64,000 nucleotides of DNA, taken from Vicugna vicugna. Its lineage: Eukaryota. This document shows positions 25,025 to 37,764 of the stretch, one piece after another; positions within the stretch are counted from its first letter, which is position 1, and every line of letters begins with the position of its first letter. The stretch is from NCBI GenBank assembly GCA_013265495.1, contig MU058252.1, positions 496,001-560,000 on the forward strand. The letters are read 5' to 3'. A program made the translations under genes and the position numbers. Below the pieces are notes generated by a model, which did no database searches, was not told the origin of the DNA, and saw only the letters and a list, made by a program, of their open reading frames with translations.

Positions 25025-25172
25025 CAGTGATGTGCTGGAGTGTCATGTTGGTAGTTTAAAATCAGCTACGGTAGGAGTATTTATACCATGGAAATTAGCA
25101 AAGGATACAAATCAGATCTCAGCTCCCCCTTCGCGCCCTGTCAGTTGTTAAATACTCCCCAGCACGCCGCTG
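25025..25172. mobile_element. hAT-Tip100-class (Arthur1-like) deleted element
   Basis: TIRs cagtgatgtgctgg / ccagcacgccgctg (11/14); no TSD. Confidence 0.55.
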
Positions 25173-26269
25173 CATTCAGGCCACGTGTGTACGTCCTTCT
25201 CAAGACGCTGGGAGAGACTTGTCAGACGCCTCCAAATTACCACGTGTATCTTTATGGAGCTTAATAGCTTACAGAAAAGCTCAATCCTCATGCCTGAATT
25301 TGGTTCTCTCCACACCCCAGGAAGTTAAAGGGCTGCATGTTATGAGTTTGCCCACTTCAAAGATGAGGAACACAAGAGTAGTGACTGACTCAGAGCCAGA
25401 CAGCCAACTAGTGTTGAAGCGGCTCAGACTCCCAGGTACTGGTCTCACGGTCAATGGTCTTTTCTGCTCACCATCTGACTGCTCCCCCGTTGGTGGTCAA
25501 AGTGCCCTGAATTCCCTCAGCAGCCCCTGCTGTGGGTTGAGAACATGGACAAGGGAAGAGGGTGCATCTCCAAGAGCCTTGGCCCTTCCCACGAGCAGCA
25601 CATCACTGAGGACTGAAGAGTGATGCTTTCAACCTGGGACCCCTGACTTCTACTCAAGAGGGACCTGGGAGATGGTCTTCAAGTTGTTGACAAGACTCTG
25701 CCTTTTGTTTATGAGTCATTGATGACAGGAGACCACCTGAAGTGACAACAGCTCTTCATGCAGTGTGTCTCAGGGTGGGGCCCACTGAGTAGCACCAGTT
25801 TAGGGCTCTGGGCTTGAAGGATGGCAGTGACGGGTGATGGGGTAAGGACAGCTCAAGGCGGATGCTGCAAACTGGGAAGGCCAGGCAGGTTTCACTTAGT
25901 CCACAGTGCATCTTAAACTCTTTTAAAAAACCTAAAAACTGGAAGCTTTCCTATAGAAAGCCAGACTTCTAGAATCTCTTAAAACGCTGGAAATCTGGCA
26001 ACATAGATGGAATTGGGGGGCTGTCCCTTTTTGAAGGGGCATGAGCCGGCAACCGACCACACCCCCATTTGCTATTTTAGGGGCTGACTCTCCCACGCCC
26101 CTAGGGACCCAGCAATTGATGGGAAGCAATGGGGTGGGCCCTGTGCCTGAGGACCACTAGTCTCCAACGCGGGGTGAGCCAGGGGTGCTGGGGCCTGTAC
26201 AAAGGCATGGCTGCTCTGCCCTTTGAGGGCCACAGTTTGGGTCATAGCACACTGGGGACACCAGCTGGG

Positions 26270-26430
26270 ACTCTTCCAGCTGACCTTTGGGAAACTCTGT
26301 AACCTCAGTTTCTCATCTTAAAAGTGCTGACAGTGCCAGCTCTTACCTCACAGTGTTGTGGGGAGGACAAATCAGTTAAACCCACATAAAATTCTTAAAA
26401 TTTGTAATAAGCCTTCAGTCAACACTGGTT
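26270..26430 (+). mobile_element. MIR
   Basis: cctcagtttctcatcttaaaa...cttacctcacagtgttgtg. Confidence 0.7.
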
Positions 26431-27299
26431 GCTGTTATTTTGACCCAGCCTGCTTCCGACTTTCCCATCCAGGAGCAACTGCTCTGGTCTCACGTGCCGC
26501 GGAGGATGTGAAGGCTGTTGCAGCAGCGGTGGCGTGGCGGGGGTGTGGGGGCAGGGGTGGGTCAGTCTTGACAGACAGGGTGTCGACCACCAGCAGGCAT
26601 ATTTTTGAAAGAGTTCCTAAGACAGGGTTTTCTCCTAAAGGAAGAGGTCTGGTTAAAATGGCTCAAAGGGGAAACTGAGGCAAGAAACAGCAAAAAGGCA
26701 CCAAGATGCTTCCTGCTGGTGGGGGAGGTGTGGAGTGGGATTTGCAGACAGAGCTGGAGCTCAGCTTCCCCTCCCTCTACTCAGCCCCCAACCCGGTGGG
26801 CACCCCCTCTCCTGCAGCACCTCCTCCCAGCCCACCCACCTGGGCCCCTGCTGTTGATCCAGCTGCTGAGACCGGATGGAATCTGTTCACAGCCCAGGAG
26901 AGCCAGCAGACCGCAGGGCTCCCTCCTGGGCTACACTGGCTGGCTCACATTTTTCCCCCCAACTAAAAACTTCCTCAAAGGCCAAGAAGGCAGGCCTCTC
27001 GAATACACAGACTGCATCAGGCTGGAGGCGAGCTGCTGTCTGGAAAGATGGCTAATGCTCACAAGGTAACTCTGCATCTGAGTGCTCAGAACCAGGACCA
27101 GAGATGACCTTCCTGCTGGTGGGTGCAGAGCCCTGGGACTTCTCACTGATATCAGCCCTAATGAGACAACGGTGTCACTGAGGACAGGGGCTGGGCTGGA
27201 GTTAAGGGAGACACAGGTCACCATAGCTGGTGTTTTGGGGTCCAAAGATGAGTGACACCTGGAGTGGGGACAGCACCGAGCATCACATTTTAACCCACA

Positions 27300-27500
27300 C
27301 AGTGATGAGGGGGACTCCCGGCATCCACTGTGTGCTGGCCTTATGCAGAGTGCTGTGCACTCAGCATCCCAAGGAATCTTTATAGATGGGGTATTAAGTC
27401 CTGCCTTACAGAGGAGACGCTGAGGCTCAGAGAACGAAGTGTCGGCCCAAGGCTGCCTAGCAGGTAACGGGCAGAGCTCATCCTCTGAGGAGGCCTGGGT
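27300..27500 (-). mobile_element. MIR
   Basis: ttacagaggagacgctgaggctcagaga. Confidence 0.7.
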
Positions 27501-27984
27501 GGCTCCGAAGCCTGTCTGGTATCACTGAGGGGGCCCCAACCCCCACTGGCTCTCCTAGGTAAGGAACATTTGAAGAGGCCAGGGCTGGCTGTCCCGAGAG
27601 CAGGCACAGGGCATGTGGGAGGAGGGCCTTCAAATGTCTGGAGGCAATCAGATATCATGGAAGCAGAAGGGGTTCATTCTCTGTAATTTCAAGGGCAAGA
27701 TCAAGGTCATGGGAAGGAAGAGCCTCCCTCACCACAAGAACAACTGAAAAGGGCATGAACTGCCATGATCACGGCGAACAGGTCGTATCGGAGAGAGACT
27801 GTCCAGGCGTGGCCAAGAGCACCTGCACAGAGCAGCTCAGGTGTCAGCAGGTCAAGGTGGGCAGGCAAGAAGCCCTCCAAGAAACCCTTGGGTTGTGGGA
27901 GTGTAGAGAGGGCAGGGCCAACAGTACAAAGGAATCTCAGGATCCTTTCAGGATCAGTCATCAGAGCCACCTTCTCTCCACTAC

Positions 27985-28440
27985 CACTTCATTCATTCAA
28001 GAAATATTTTCAGTACTGTGCTGAACAAGACAGATGTAGTCTGTGCCCTTAAGGAGCATGACAATTAAATCTTTAAATTTTGGGTACATGCTACAAGACA
28101 AAAGAAGGTGGAAGCTTGCCCCTCGGGTGGGAGAAAGTGTCCTTGGAAGAGGTGGGATTTAAGTTGAGACCTGAATGAGGAGTGAACCTAGGCAGGTGAA
28201 GGGAGCTGGAAGGGTGTGGTAGGCAAAGGAAACAGCCCATGTGAAGGCCCAGAGTGAGCGAAGGAACTCAAAGCCCTGGACGAAATGGAAGACGAAATGG
28301 ATCAGGCCTGTGTTACAAGCCCATGTGGCGCCCCTGGGGGTGGGCCAGCCCCTGGGTGGGACACCCCTTGTCGTCCAGGTGGAAGACAACAGCGGCGTGG
28401 ACTGGCATGTGGATGGACTAGAGATGTGTCTAGGAAATAA
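27985..28440 (-). mobile_element. L2 3' end
   Basis: ttcattcattcaagaaatattt terminal repeat. Confidence 0.7.
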
Positions 28441-28455
28441 AATCAAATAAAACGG

Positions 28456-28618
28456 GGTGGGAAAGGGTACAGCTCAGCGGTAGAGTGCGTGCTTAGCATG
28501 CACAAGGTCCTGTGTTCAATCCCCAGTATCCTTATTAAAAATAAACAAATTAAAATGAATCTAATTGCCTACCCCCGCCCTCACAAGAAAGATAAAAAAT
28601 AAATTAAAGTATTTTTAA
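28456..28618 (+). mobile_element. Vic-1-type SINE
   Basis: A/B boxes and A-rich tail. TSD aaaatcaaata(a/c)aa(c/t)gg at 28439-28455 and 28619-28635. Confidence 0.9.
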
Positions 28619-31600
28619 AAAATCAAATACAATGGTTGTCCTGATGGAGAGAGAAGGAAGGGGTAAGGGTCAAAGGTCACTCCCAGGACTGAACTTGAGC
28701 TTTGATGCCACTGTCCAGCAACCAGGATGGTCTGACCCCCCACAGTGAAGGGCACCCTCTCTTGTCTCTATGTGTTCACAAAGAAGCTTCTACTCTATTC
28801 TTCAGGAGTGAAGACCTTGGAATCCTCCGCTGCCTCTTCCCACCCCTCCGCCCCCTTGGAAGGGTCTGACAACTTCTGGACAAGTTCCTCTTCTGGGTCG
28901 TGGGAAGGTGAAGTCAGGGCTGTTCCCCGTGGCCTGACCTCCCCTGAGGGGGGTCTCCTGACAAAAGGCTGCCCATCTCCCCGTGCTCCCATGTGCCAGG
29001 TCAGCAAACCCAAGTGAAGGCATAAGATCTGCCTTCCATATCTGGGTCTCCGGTTCAAGCCTCTTTCATCGGGGTCCAGCTTTCCCTGACCTATAGCTGG
29101 TAACTCCCTGCCATCCAAGTCTATTTCTCAGTAGGCTCAGGATCTGGGGTTAAGGTGTGTGACTGGTTCCCATCTGCACCCACGCTCACCTGTTGGCCAC
29201 ACATGCTGATCAGGATCTTTGTTCCCCTGTGAGGATCGTGCCCTTCCCCCAAGCAGGCGACTCTGCACTTGCTGCCCCATTTTAAATACGCTTTCCTGCT
29301 GCCTGATATTTATTAGAAACTTTGTTGTAAATATTAACAGGCAATACATTCTTCTAGTTGTTCCAAATTTTACCTTTGGATTTAGCAGGGTCAGCAGGAT
29401 TTATACGGCTGCGCAGTATTATGTCAGCCCCCGTCTTAGTTGGAGGAAACTGCTGTGGCTTTGTTGAGAACATTGCTTAAATTGTCACACAGTGTCCCTC
29501 CATCTCCTCACACAGGAGAGACTTCTCAGGGTTTCATGGCCAAAAATCACAGTCTTTGGGGGCAAATGGTTTGATTTTTGTCTTACAGGCAGTGTAATGG
29601 CTCATGTACCCGCTGTGGGAGGGGCCCGGGCCTCCTGATTTGCGTGTTGTCCCCCAGCCCCGTCCTTGGCTACAACACCCCTTCCCCACCCTGCACTCCT
29701 GTGTCCCGATTTCCTCACTACAAGTGTCTTCGCAAACCACCTCAAGCTCTTTGGGAACGAGGGGAGTCCATCTTCCTGCATTGTTCCTTCTCTCCTTCCC
29801 TCCCTTCCCTCACAGCATGCCATTCCTCACTCCAGCCCCCAGAACGTTCTTCAGTCTGGAAAGAAGGTTGACACGGGAGATGATCCAACCTCGTAAATTC
29901 CAGTAAAGGCCTGAATGGCCACATGCTCATGAGACGTTTTCTCAAATTTCCTAGAAGTATAAGTTTGGGTCACAAAGAAATGGGTTTCACAGCTTGGGAA
30001 GCAAATGAAGAGGTGGGCCAGGCTGAAGGCAGCAGCTCCTCTCCCACGGTCCCTTCTGAGTTACCCAGGGTCTGCGCACCCACACGAGCATGGGGCACCA
30101 GGGGCACAGCTGTGCCCTTACAATAAAGCCTCCCTCAGCTGAGCGCCCACCAGAAGCAGGCTGACCCCTCTGGTGCAGCGATTCAAGAGGACTCAGAATC
30201 CAGACAGAACGGAGGGCCATTGGCTCATCCTGCACGTCTGCAGCTCTGCCTCCCCGGGTGACACCTCCCCCGCGTGACACCTCCGGCTCATTACCTCTGC
30301 CACTTAACGCTCACTAACAACCAGCTCTCACTTGCAATCACACCGCGGGCACTTGGGGCGAAGACAGCCTCCAGCTGCTGCTCGCTGGGGCCCGCGCTGC
30401 TGTCTAGACGCTAGCACGGGCCGTCAGCATCCAAATGACAGCACGTGCCCAAGCCACCGAGCGTCAAAGCCGGCTCCCTGTCTGCAACTGCACGCGCTGA
30501 ATGCAGGCCAATTTTATGCTAATGGGACTCCAAAATAAAACGCCAGAAACTTCCCCCAGCACCTCATCCCTCACCACTTCCATCACACGGAGAGGTCGGG
30601 GCTCCCGATCCCCCAGGAATCCTCAAATGAACTCTCGATTCCTCTCGTGACCAGGGCCGCCTGGGGACTCAGTCTTCTCAAGCTTCCCTTCCCCCACTGC
30701 CCATCCCTTCAGGAAGAGCCCCTCCTCCAGGAAGGGCCTGGAGCAGCCCAGGGCACCCACCTGTTGCTGGTGGGGAGCCCCCCAGGGCTTATCTCAGTGC
30801 ACCCCAAATCAGTCACAATTTATGAGGACTCACCACGTGGGGGCCTGGTTTTGGCGTACCTCCCAGGGACCTCAGCTGTGGCCCCATCAGCACCCCCATT
30901 TGACCTGGCCACCATCTTCTGACACCCCAGAACTTTAGAGCTGCCTCCAAAGAAGGTATTTAGCACACTAGCTCACACCTTTTCTCTAGGAGTTTGCATT
31001 TAAAAACCAACCTCACAAGCTAAGAACTCGTTCACACTTAACCTCAGGCAGTGGTGAGATTGTGGGGCAGGGGTGGGACCTCTGTCTGGGAGCCTTGATG
31101 AACTCCTAGAACCACCTGCATTTCCATGGCAACCAGGACCGGATGATGGTTCTCTCTGCCATCCAGTGCTGCTCCACCTCTGGGCCAGCCAGGCTCTCCC
31201 AGCAGCCAGTGTCCCACACCATTTTGCCCTGGGAACAACCTGCCAGTGGGGTACAGGGCAGAGAGGAGGCAGGGATGCCCTGGCCTTCAGAGCAGCCCAG
31301 GCAGGAAGCGAAGTCCCTCAGCTCCTTCTGAGGGAGGAGAAGTGGAGACAATTTGGTGCCCCCCCACCCCGCCAACCCCAGGCACCAGCCTACCCCACCC
31401 TCCTGTTCTCCGAAAGCCCACTTCAAATTGCCCCCTTTGAGGGCTTTCCTGATGTCTCCCTCCTCAGAGCCCTGAGGCCTGAATCATCCACTCTGGTATG
31501 TCCTATGGGATGGCTAAGTCTGCTCCCCATGCTGGACTGCCAGCCCAGAGGGCAGGGACTGGGTCCCCCACACTCTTAGGGCCCCGACAGCACCCAATCT

Positions 31601-32505
31601 GTTGTCAGGTGATTCCCACCAGTGCGGCGGCCAGAGTGACAGGTGGGGCTGGACAGGTGAGCTCAGACCAGACTGTGGGCTTCAGACCCAGCTGCAACCC
31701 CTCGCCAGAGGTGAATGGTGCTCGCAGGCACGCGGCCTTCCCATGGGGTGCCTCAGCGCTTCCTTCTGGACTAGGGGGACTGACGTGGGATTACCCAGGC
31801 CGTCCTCCTCTCATAAAGCCCAGGGGAGGCTCCGCAGGTCCAACGCACGTGCAATGGGCCTGAGAGCCCTCGGAGCCCCAGGCCTGCCTAGTAGCAGGGC
31901 AGGGCTGGCTCCCACCCGAGGCCATACAACCAGGATGCCGCCACCACCCTCCTGCCAAGAGCAAACCCTTGCTTGGGTCCCAGAGGCTTTTAGATGTGTG
32001 CCATAGCATGTGTGGAGGGTTAGTTTCTATAGCCCAAGTTGTGCCAGGGATCGGCAGCTTCCTCTCAGCTGGCAGAGAGCATGTGTGCACGCGGAGGGGG
32101 GTGCGCATGCGTGCACTCACACACAGGTGAGGGGAGAGGAGGTGTGTGTCTGGGCGCCTTTGGGGGCCGAAAAAGTGGCACAAGCCAGAGCCCCAGACCA
32201 TTTTCACCTGGACCCACAACCCAGCTTCAGGTTCACTTGTCCCTGGCTCCGACTGGCTTTGAGAGGCAGGACAACAGGAGGTGAGGGGACACTGAGCAAG
32301 AGGGAGGGCAAGGATGGAGGGAGATGTCAGCAGAGTCTGGGCAGAGGCTCCAGCTGTGGGAGAGGGGATGAGAAGAGGCACTGCCACAGGTCCCGCTGCA
32401 GGGAGGAGGGCCAAGAAGAGGCCATGGGTGTGACCAGGGGCCCAGAGCCAGCGACTCTCAATGGAGCCCAGGGCTCCTGGGCTGGTGGGGGGAGGCAGCG
32501 CCTAC

Positions 32506-32544
32506 CTGTACCACGGCGGGTGGGTGCTGAAGGCCTGGAGTCAT
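32506..32544 (-). CDS. SMARCD3: SMARCD3 distal-isoform start exon CDS (MTPGLQHPPAVVQ); whole exon 32506-32557
   Basis: ctgcag|GACCCTGCCACCTATG...GTACAG|gtaggc. Matches the known alternative N-terminus MTPGLQHPPTVVQ; phase 0 joins exon 2 and gives 470 aa. Confidence 0.93.
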
Positions 32545-33464
32545 AGGTGGCAGGGTCCTGCAGCGGGGGAGTCATCCAGTGCCCCCTTGGTGCCCGGGCC
32601 CAGAGCCTACCGTGCCTGCAGCACCGAGGCCCATTCTGAGGGGGATCTGAAAGAAGAGGGCAGTGGGAGGGGCGGGCCAGACCTGAGCCCTAGAGGCAGA
32701 TTCACAAGGGGCCTGAGGAGGCTGGGGAAGAAGGCTGAAGGGGCCTGCTGTGTGGACAAACTCCCTGACAGGCCTGAGGAAGGCAGGAGGTGTGCGGGAA
32801 GGGCCCAGGATGGAGGCACGGGCAAGGGCCAGCCTGGGCTGGGCGGCACATGGGGAGGTGTCGGGTGGGAGCAGTGTGCGCACAGGAAGCAGGCACAGAC
32901 CAGGTGCGGCAGGACAGAGCTAGGGGATAGGAACAAAGGATCCTGGCAGAGCCCAGGCCCTGGCAGGGGATGCAAATTTGGGGGACTTGGCAATAGAGGA
33001 GAGAGCTGGACATTGGAGGTGAAGGTCACGACCATCAGCCAGGATGGGGCCAGGATGACTTCTGGAGCTCAGGGATGTCCCAAAGGAATCCCAGGGTTGG
33101 CGGCAGGTAGAGGTGACTTGCTCTGTGATCTACCCAGCTCACACTGGGCCGTCCCTGTATGCATAGGCTTCCTGGTGGACCCTGTGGGCTTGGGTCAGAA
33201 CCCAGCCTGTGAGCTGAAGTTCCTGGGCAGATGGTGGGGTGTGGTGGATGAGGAAGGGGCAGTGCTGTTAGGTATGGGGGTGGCTTGAAAGCAGTCTGGG
33301 GTCACATGTTGGTGGTGTTGGCCAGAGGGTGACTCTGAGAAGGGTGAGGAGGAAGGGGAGGCAATGAGAGGAGGAAGATTCAATACAGGAGGTGTTACCA
33401 GCCCAGGGTTGGAAGGAGGTGCCCTGCAGGACAGCGGGAGATAGAGGGACAATCTGAATGGGAG

Positions 33465-34280
33465 AGAGGTGTCCAGGCAAGAGGATGCCAAGTGGAGATA
33501 GGGAAAGTGCCAGACAATGGGGAGGAAGGGAGATGTCAGGCAGGGGAAGGAAGGTAGGTGCCATGCAGGGGAGAGGAAGGGAGATGCCAGGCACGGGGGA
33601 AGAGGGGAAGTGCCAGGCAGGGGGGAGGGGGGAGGTGCCAGGGAAGGGGGAAAAGGGGAGGTGCCAGGGAGGAGGGAAGAGGGGAGGTGCCAGGGAGGGG
33701 GGAGGAGGGAAGATGCCAGGGAGGGAAGAAGAGGGGAGGTGCCAGGCAGGAGCAGGATGAGAAAGTGCCAGGCAGGGAGAAGGTGATAGGCAATGGGGAA
33801 TAGTAGGTACAGGCAGTTGGGGAGGAGGGAAGGTGTCAGACACAAGGGAGGAGAGGAAGGTACCAGGCAGGAGGGTGCCAGGAGAAGGGAAAGAGGGGAA
33901 ATGCAGGGGAGGGTGGGTGGGAAGGTACCAGGTAGGGGGAGGAGGGAGGATGCCAGGCAAGGATGAGGAGGGGGAAGAATCAGAGAAGAGGCTGGATGGG
34001 AGTTTGCAAGTCACAGAAGAGGTGCAAGAAAGGCAGTGGGGGGAGGTGCCAGGCAGGGGGAGGAAGAGAGTCAGGAGTAGCGGGAGAGATCAGGAAAGGA
34101 GGAGGGGAGGAAGAAGCCAGGCTGGGAGAAGGGGGTGCCAGGTAAGGGGAATGTGCCAGGTAAGAGGAAGGTGCCAGGAAAGGACTAGAAGGGAGGTGCC
34201 AGGCAGGGGGGAGGAGGGATGCCAGGCAAGGGAAGGAGGGGTGATGCCAACAGAGGCAAGACGGGTACTGCCAAGCAGGG
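33465..34280 (+). repeat. Purine/G-rich minisatellite, ~30 units, core (A/G)TGCCAGG, ~26-nt period
   Basis: Core T at 33534, 33559, 33585, 33611, 33636, 33662, 33688, 33714, 33740, 33766, then more degenerate to ~34270. Confidence 0.9.
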
Positions 34281-34660
34281 AAGGCCGGGGCGCCGGCGCA
34301 GCGCGGCCGGGCGGCGTCTCCTCCAAGGGCCTGGGGGCCGCGCGGCGCGGGTCGCTCACCTGCTCCCCCGGGACCCCGGCCCGGAGCGCGGCCGCTCACT
34401 CCCCGCTCGGCGCTCGGCACGGCCCGGCGCCTGCGCCGCTGCAGCCCGGAGCGGGGGAGGCGCAGGGAGCGTCTGCAAAGAGCGAGGAGCTTAATAATGA
34501 GTTAGGGATCAGAGCAGGCAGCGTCGCCCCATCCATCGGAACGTGCGATCGCCACGCTAGCAGCACCGCGGCGCGCCCTGGCCGGGCCCATTGTGCTCTT
34601 CAGTCTGTGCACAGATGTGCCTTATGTCTGTGGATGCTCCTGCGCGCCCGCGGATTCGCA
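34270..34660 (-). promoter_or_regulatory. SMARCD3: CpG island / distal SMARCD3 promoter
   Basis: Very CpG-dense block around the non-coding exon. Confidence 0.8.
34360..34465 (-). other. SMARCD3: SMARCD3 distal non-coding first exon (5' end approximate)
   Basis: Strong donor CAG|gtgagc at 34360/34359 in a CpG island, no ATG, TATA-like TATTAA (minus) at 34491-34496. Confidence 0.75.
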
Positions 34661-34919
34661 CAGACCGTCAGAGCATAAGATGTGGCTGTGACCACACACA
34701 CACACCTGCCGTGGGGAGGGGGCTTGGGTTCCACTCCGGGTTCAGGGACAGATTCTGACTGATGCACCCCCCGCATTCTTTATGCACTCGCACACTCATG
34801 GTCTAATCTCGGTCCCTCCGGCTTTACACCTGTCTCTGCAGGGACTCTGGCAGCCAGGAGAGACCCTTTCTGGACGTCCAGCCAGATGGGTCGCTTTGGT
34901 CACACCATGGGCTCTCTGT

Positions 34920-35190
34920 CTCTGTGAATCTGACTACTCTGAGTACATCATATAGAGGAAATCTTACTGTATCTGTCTTACTTCATGAGCCAAATGTCCT
35001 CAAGTTTCATCCATGTCGTAGCATGTGTCAGAATGTCCTTCCTTTTAAGGCTGAATAAGATCCTGTTGCCTGCATATGTACAACGTATATATGTGCATAT
35101 GCCATGCCTCATTTTGTTTATCCGTTCACCTCTCCATGGACAGCTGGGTTGCTTCCATTTTGGGGCCACTGGGAATAAGGCTGCTTTTAT
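34920..35190 (-). mobile_element. L1 ORF2 C-terminal fragment
   Basis: AALF..KWKQPSCP..INKM..ILTHATTWMKLEDI in ORF 34978..35250. Confidence 0.85.
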
Positions 35191-36165
35191 ACCCCTCTTG
35201 AAGCCCACTGGCATCCAACCAGACAGAAACTCCCTCGGACTCAGCCCCACAACCTCTGCTCAGCGCTCAGTCCTCCCCCCAGCCCCCGCCGCTCTCAGCA
35301 CCTGTGTTTCTATTTCCCCAGAGACCTTCATACCCCTGCCTACTCAGAGGACCCACTGTGGCCTTTTTACCCAAATTTGCTGACTTCATGCCCCGAATCA
35401 AATGTATTCCTGTGCCCCTTCTTGTGAAGGGATCCCAGCCTATGCTAAGAAATCCGTGCAGCCCTTCCTGGGAGCATTCACCTTTGAAAGGGGACTCCTG
35501 GAGATGCAGGGAAGGGAGAGGCCAAGTGGGTCTATCTGGGGAGGGGAAAGCTTTGCTCAATGACCTGGGGGAGAGATGGAGGGCTGTCTGGATAATGGGG
35601 TTTGAGGGAACTTGAAAGGCTTCCCATGACCAAGACCCTGGAACCCAGAGGTCAGTGCTGGAGCATCACCCCTCTGGGCTGGGAGGAGTCCATTTAGAGG
35701 TGGTGCCTACCCTCATGTCCTCCGCCCTTCCCCTCCTGCACCACCAGCTAGCTACTTGGCAGAACAAACTTCACAGAATGAGCCCTTCTGATGGGGCAGG
35801 TGGTTAGTGTGAACTGGTCCTGCCGTGAGGGTGTGTGCATTGCCAGGGGAGGAGGGAAGGGGGTCCTCAGAGGAGAACCCCAGAGGGAGAGCAGGCAGAC
35901 AGCACAAGTCGGGGCAGCATCAGGCAGGCAGGCTGAGGGGTGGCTCAGGACCAGCCCAGAGGGCAGAGGAGCCAGATGGGTAGTCCCGCTTCCTTCCTCT
36001 GACCCTGTGCCCTCCCCTGAGGCCCCCCTTCTCTTCCACTCACAGTCAGTCAATCAGGGATTAAGTCATCAAAGATTAAGCCCTGTGGTCCTTCTCAGTG
36101 ACTTCCCAGGTGGCAGGCAGCAGCCTCTATCCCAGTGCTTAACACCTTGTTTTAAAGTCACTGAT

Positions 36166-36270
36166 GGGGGGAGGGCATAGCGCATGCCCAGCATGCATGA
36201 GGTCCTGGGTTCAATTCCCTGTACCTCTGCTAAATAAATACCTCCCCCATAAAAAATTAAAATAAATAAA
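36166..36270 (+). mobile_element. Vic-1-type SINE with A-box deletion
   Basis: Head lacks ctcagtggtagag; TSD agtcactg. Confidence 0.85.
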
Positions 36271-36619
36271 TAGTCACTGCTATTTTATTCACTCAAAACA
36301 TAAGTGAAAGTTTACAAAAACCATCTATATCATCATTTAGGCTCCCAATATTTTCTGAGTATCCACTACATAAAAGTAGACCAGAAAGCCATGGGCCTTG
36401 ACCATGAATGCATATGGGACTCCGTCTGTCAACCTCCCTCCCGTGTTCTGCATTTCTTCCTTGAGCGTGGGTTACTGTGTGTCCGGCACTGCACCAGACT
36501 CTGTGGGGCGGGGATGTGACATGCCTCTGGACCAGATGGGGGATTAATACATGTAAATAGCTCACTACACCAGATAGAAGGGATGAGTGCTGGCACAGAG
36601 GCCAGTCCCAATGCTGGAG

Positions 36620-36840
36620 GGGACAGAAAGCAGAATGGAGGGTGCTAGGGGCTGGGGGACAGGGAGGAAGGATGGGGAGTTAGTGTTTAATGGAGAAAGA
36701 ATTTGCTAGATGAAAAGAGCTCTGCAGATGGATGGTGGTGATGGTTGCACAACAGTGTGAACGTATTTAATGCCACAGAACCCTACACTTAAAAACCGTT
36801 AGAACAGTAAATTTTATTTGTTTTTCCCCACAATTAAAAG
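36620..36840 (+). mobile_element. L1MB-like 3' end
   Basis: gatggatggtggtgatggttgcacaacagtgtgaacgtatttaatgccacagaac. Confidence 0.75.
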
Positions 36841-36869
36841 AATTAATGCTAATAGGAAGAAAAACATGT

Positions 36870-37060
36870 TGTTTCACTCTCACCTCATGTCCAGCACTGT
36901 ATCAGGTGTTTGTTCTTCCCAACAGCCCTGCAGGATGGACATTATGATTTGCATTTACAGAAGATAAAACACGAAGCTTGGGGAGGTCAAGTCACACACC
37001 TGAGGCCACGGAACTTGCATGTGGCGGAGCTGGGAGTCAAATCCAGGTCTGTCAGGCTTC
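36870..37060 (-). mobile_element. MIR
   Basis: aacagccctgcaggatggacattatg...tttacagaagataaaac. Confidence 0.7.
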
Positions 37061-37434
37061 TTCCCACACCCCCGCAGGCAACTCTGGGCAAGAGGGTGGG
37101 GAGGGTACATTTCATGAAAAAGGCAGCCTTGGTACTGAGTCTTGAATAGCTGAGCATCGGCCTGGGGGGCTGAAGGAGCACATGGAGGCGTGTGTCTGGT
37201 GCAGGGGGGCCAGAATGCTGGCCCAGGAGTTTGGGCTTTGTCCCCTGCTGGTGGGTGCCAGCAAGGGGCTGCTGTACCTCCTGGAGCTCTGGGCTCTCCT
37301 CAAAGTTTTCAGGACTCGTCAGCTGCCTCCCTGCTTCATTGTCCCCCAGACAGACCCACAGATCAGGACAGGGAAAGGACAATGACTCCAGAAATTGCTC
37401 TGAGATCAATCAGATTTTTTTTTTTGACTTAGTC

Positions 37435-37605
37435 TTTTCTTTCCTTTTTCTTTTCAATTTGTTGTTGTTGTTGTTGGGTGGGGAAGTAATTAGGTTTACT
37501 TATTTTAATCTTTTTTTTTTTTTCAGTGGCGATACTGGGGACTGAACCCTGGACCTCATGCGTGCTAACTAAGCATGCACTCTGCCCCTGAGCTACATCC
37601 TCCCC
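37435..37605 (-). mobile_element. Vic-1-type SINE
   Basis: Head and tail recognisable; no clear TSD. Confidence 0.85.
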
Positions 37606-37764
37606 TGCTACTCCTCTTTTTTCTTTTTTTTAAAGTGTCTCCCCTTGGTTGTATAAACTTCAGGCCCCCAAAACCTGGACGTGGCCCTGGCTGAGCCGTA
37701 TAGTGAACTGTGAGCGCTTTTCCTTTCCTGGACGACTTTTGTTTTCTCTAGAGTTCATGATTAG

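Noticed and set aside
32461-33288. 275-aa plus-strand ORF across the MTPGLQ exon
   Set aside because: GC-rich and Gly/Arg-rich with no domain and no splice or promoter support.
33465-34280. CRISPR-like repeat-spacer appearance
   Set aside because: Mammalian intron, 8-nt core, low-complexity purine spacers, no cas genes.
33195-34678. ORFs of 216-281 aa with repeated LPGTS/AWHLP/GRCQ motifs
   Set aside because: Translations of the 26-nt minisatellite; the period is not a multiple of 3 and all frames give similar repeats.
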